Shown here piece by piece: positions 44,801 to 47,444 of a stretch of 47,444 nt of DNA (the first letter of the stretch is position 1; each line of letters opens with the position of its first letter). A model generated the notes under the pieces. It searched no databases and was not told where the DNA came from. It saw only the letters and a program-made list of their open reading frames with translations. The position numbers were made by a program, and so were the translations under genes. Source of the DNA: Dimorphilus gyrociliatus (taxonomy: Eukaryota > Animalia > Annelida); NCBI GenBank assembly GCA_904063045.1, contig CAJFCJ010000064.1, forward strand, positions 1-47,444, read 5' to 3'.

Positions 44801-45552
44801 ACAGCAAATAGTTTTTTTTATAAAAACTTTATATTAAATATGTTTAAAGAAACTAAAACTATTATCACTATCAGTTTAATGCATATTTAAAAAATAATTA
44901 TCTCCTATTAACTGGGTCCAATTTAAACTGGCCCTGACTGGGTTGTGCACAACCATGCTCTGTGGATTGGTTAGTAATATGACCCTGTCATGTGGTGTTT
45001 TTTATGTGTTGGGGATTTTTTCAGGTTTCAGTACCAATAGTCTTTTCTCTGGTGCACATATCCGGATATTATTGGACATCTTCTGCATGTGCAAATCCAC
45101 TTTTTTTTCACTGGGAGTTGTCCCATCACTTTTGGGATTTTACATAATGTAACTCTGCTTATCAAATTTCGGATTTATGGTTTGTGGTTGTTGTCATGTA
45201 CATTCTGTTTGGCCTTATTTGCCATTTTAATCAATCTATGGTGATAAAGTATGACCAAAGGAGTAGTTTCTTTACATGTGAAACCCCCATGCTAATTAAG
45301 TCAATTCCGTGTGATCATGTCAAGAGTATTTTATATTTACATTGGAATTGAATATTCTTCCCATTCTTTGAAATATTTAAATATTATATTATTATATTCT
45401 GATAGAGATAAGAAGTGTTGACCCACTTATGTGTTGTGTGGTGCATATACAAAATATAAAGTGGTCGACAATAAAACCCGGACACTGTAAATTTCTATAG
45501 CCTGAGAAAATTGAACATTATCAAACACATACCACTTGTTATGTTTTTGAAG

Positions 45553-45642
45553 ATTCAGTTGCTCTCTTCTTCTTGCTAACAATTTCTTAATCCAAAATTT
45601 AGTCTTGAAATTTCGCATTTAAGAACATTTTCTGTGGACCCC
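45553..45642 (-). mobile_element. Truncated MITE with a MULE-3-type terminus
   Basis: Reverse complement GGGGTCCACAGAAAATGTTCTTAAATGCGAAATTTCAAGACTAAATTTTGGATTAAGAAAT aligns with 41265 onward. Confidence 0.8.
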
Positions 45643-45659
45643 AATAAAATCAAGAAATA

Positions 45660-45920
45660 AAAGAGTAAATATACATCTTAAAGGCATTTGTTTTAACAGG
45701 AATACAAGTAAAGACTTAGGTAAGTTGCTGATATGTTGTTCCACAATTGAAACAATAAATCTATCATGGAATTTAAATATGAGAAATGAATTTTTAAATA
45801 TTTGTGAAGGACTTCAAAGTTGAACAAACACTTTGAAAAGTCTTCATTTAACTGGTTGTAATTTTAATCAAGAACAAAGCAGAGAGACTAAAAGTTTGTT
45901 GAAACATTGTTTTAGAAAAA
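45660..45920 (+). pseudogene. QQSSN-family LRR fragment
   Basis: LGKLLICCSTIETINLSWNLNMRNEFLNICEGLQS*TNTLKSLHLTGCNFNQEQSRETKSLLKHC. Not in the ORF track. Confidence 0.88.
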
Positions 45921-46595
45921 ATTAAAGTTACTGACATTAAAATTTATTATTAATCTTTTTATCTGTCATTTCAAATTATTTGTAAGCTTTTTCCACTCTT
46001 AACTTCAACTTATTTCATAAATTTCAACATTATCTCTATTGAGTGAAAATAGAAAAGAAAGTAGAATTTTTTTATCTTATTGTCTGAAGATTTCCAATAG
46101 TTTTTTTAAGAGCACTTTTTTTAGAGTTAAATCTTGAAGACATTATATATCTAAACAATATTCATGTACTAAAATTGAGTCAAAAGAAATTGAACAGTTC
46201 TTTTCATCTTCATAAAAAAGAAATGCTAAAATCCATCAATGCTAAGCTTTTCATTTGTAACTGTTTTTTGTGCATTTTAAAGATTGTTTACAAATTGATA
46301 TTGTTACTAAAGTCACTTGCAAATCCTATGTTTATAATGATGTATCCTAAAGAAAAATGCACTAAGAGTAAACAAATTTGGTTTTGTTGCAGTTTTTCTC
46401 TGTTTGAATTCAGTAATTATGTATTATTTCTCTTGCAGCAAAAATCCTTGAAACTTTGTAGTCCTTGAAGTCCTCAAATATCGTTTGAAATAAATTTAGT
46501 GTTTGATCATAATTGAAATCCATTAAATATTAAAGAACTCATCTTTGATAAGGAATATCTGACTATTGCTATTCTGAATAAGTCAACCTTATCTA

Positions 46596-46800
46596 TTAGC
46601 TTTCTTCTTCACTAAAGTTGATGTTTAAATTGTCCACATCCGATCTAATAATTGCGTATCCTCTGATAAATCCTCTGCAATATTCAGGTTTCAGAAGACT
46701 TAACAAGTTTTCTTTACAAGTAACAAAATGACAGCAGGGTAAGAGCAATGCATTTGCTAATTTGTTAAAGCATACTTTGCACTGAAGTTTTGCTTTTAAA
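46596..46800 (-). pseudogene. Degenerate IAP-type C-terminal RING fragment
   Basis: KAKLQCKVCFNKLANALLLPCCHFVTCKENLLSLLKPEYCRGFIRG. Two expected Cys ligands are replaced, and upstream sequence has stops. Confidence 0.6.
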
Positions 46801-47444
46801 CCATAAAATTCATTTAATTGAATGTTTTTGTGAATTGTAATTCAGCAAAATTTTACAATTTTAATTGAATATCATTTTTATATCACTTTTCTGAAATATT
46901 GCAGTTGTTGATATTACAAACAATTGGGTAATGCCCTATTAAATTCTCTTCAAAATGATAAGTGATGAATCATTTTTTGACAAGAAATTTTATTTATAGA
47001 TCAAAGAGTTCATTTTAGATAATTGAATGAGTAATCTTAACAATGAAATGCTTAGAAAAAATATTTAATAATTAGTAGACAAGATATTACAATTTTTAAA
47101 GAATTAGCATTATTTGCAGATGAATCAGAGCTCTCTTCATTGCATTTTTCAACTTCCTCTTTATAAAAAGATTTAGGATATGACAATGTTGTTGGTTCGG
47201 ATTCCATCTGTTAAAAATTTTGTCTATGTTTGTTTGTATTGTTAAAATTTTGAAATATATATCTTACATCATATTCTATTCCATGACCTTCGCAATTTAT
47301 ATCCACAGTGTATGTTTCAACAAGGACTTGAAACTTATCTCGAACATATTTATTTGACCAATCAACTTCTGCTTGACCCTGATTATTTATTTGTCCTAAT
47401 ATTTTGAGATTAGGCATAGATTCACATTTGGAAAGGGACAATTT

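Noticed and set aside
44990-45110. TCRRC...GYVHQRKD on the minus strand as a gag zinc-knuckle relic
   Set aside because: Spacing does not fit CX2CX4HX4C and the last Cys is absent.
1-47444. Prokaryotic defence island (NACHT plus transposases)
   Set aside because: Spliceosomal introns, GPCRs, TRIM-like domains and Tc1/mariner/Mutator elements indicate an animal-type nuclear genome. No rRNA or tRNA genes were recognised.

Overview
Very AT-rich eukaryotic DNA with short (about 40-65 nt) GT-AG introns. The host is probably an invertebrate with a compact genome; a small annelid such as Dimorphilus is only my guess. The window is an innate-immune-like gene cluster mixed with DNA transposons. Host-type genes are an NLR-like death-fold(?)-NACHT ORF whose LRR tail has decayed, one intact RING-B-box-coiled-coil-LRR (TRIM-LRR) gene, one LRR-only ORF with seven 56-aa double repeats, two class A GPCRs (one a pseudogene), a 7-exon sulfotransferase-like gene and a spliced GDPH-motif (ITIH C-terminal-like) gene. 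Seven more broken or partial loci of the same 'QQSSN' LRR family are present, three fused to RING fragments. Transposons include three Mutator (MULE) elements encoding spliced PHD-FLYWCH-DDE transposases, one of them intact, plus MULE remnants, MULE-derived MITEs, a near-intact DD34D mariner, a Tc1 element with a nested MULE, LTR-retroelement relics and two unclassified dispersed repeats. Main result: a complete MULE with TIRs and a perfect 9-bp TSD (22040-25410) carries an uninterrupted 88-codon LRR fragment that the ORF track misses. Termini of the same MULE family abut three other LRR loci. This suggests Mutator-associated shuffling of surface-hypervariable LRR modules in a TRIM-LRR/NLR cluster, which is an inference. 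All alignments and translations were done by eye, so boundaries of remnants are approximate.
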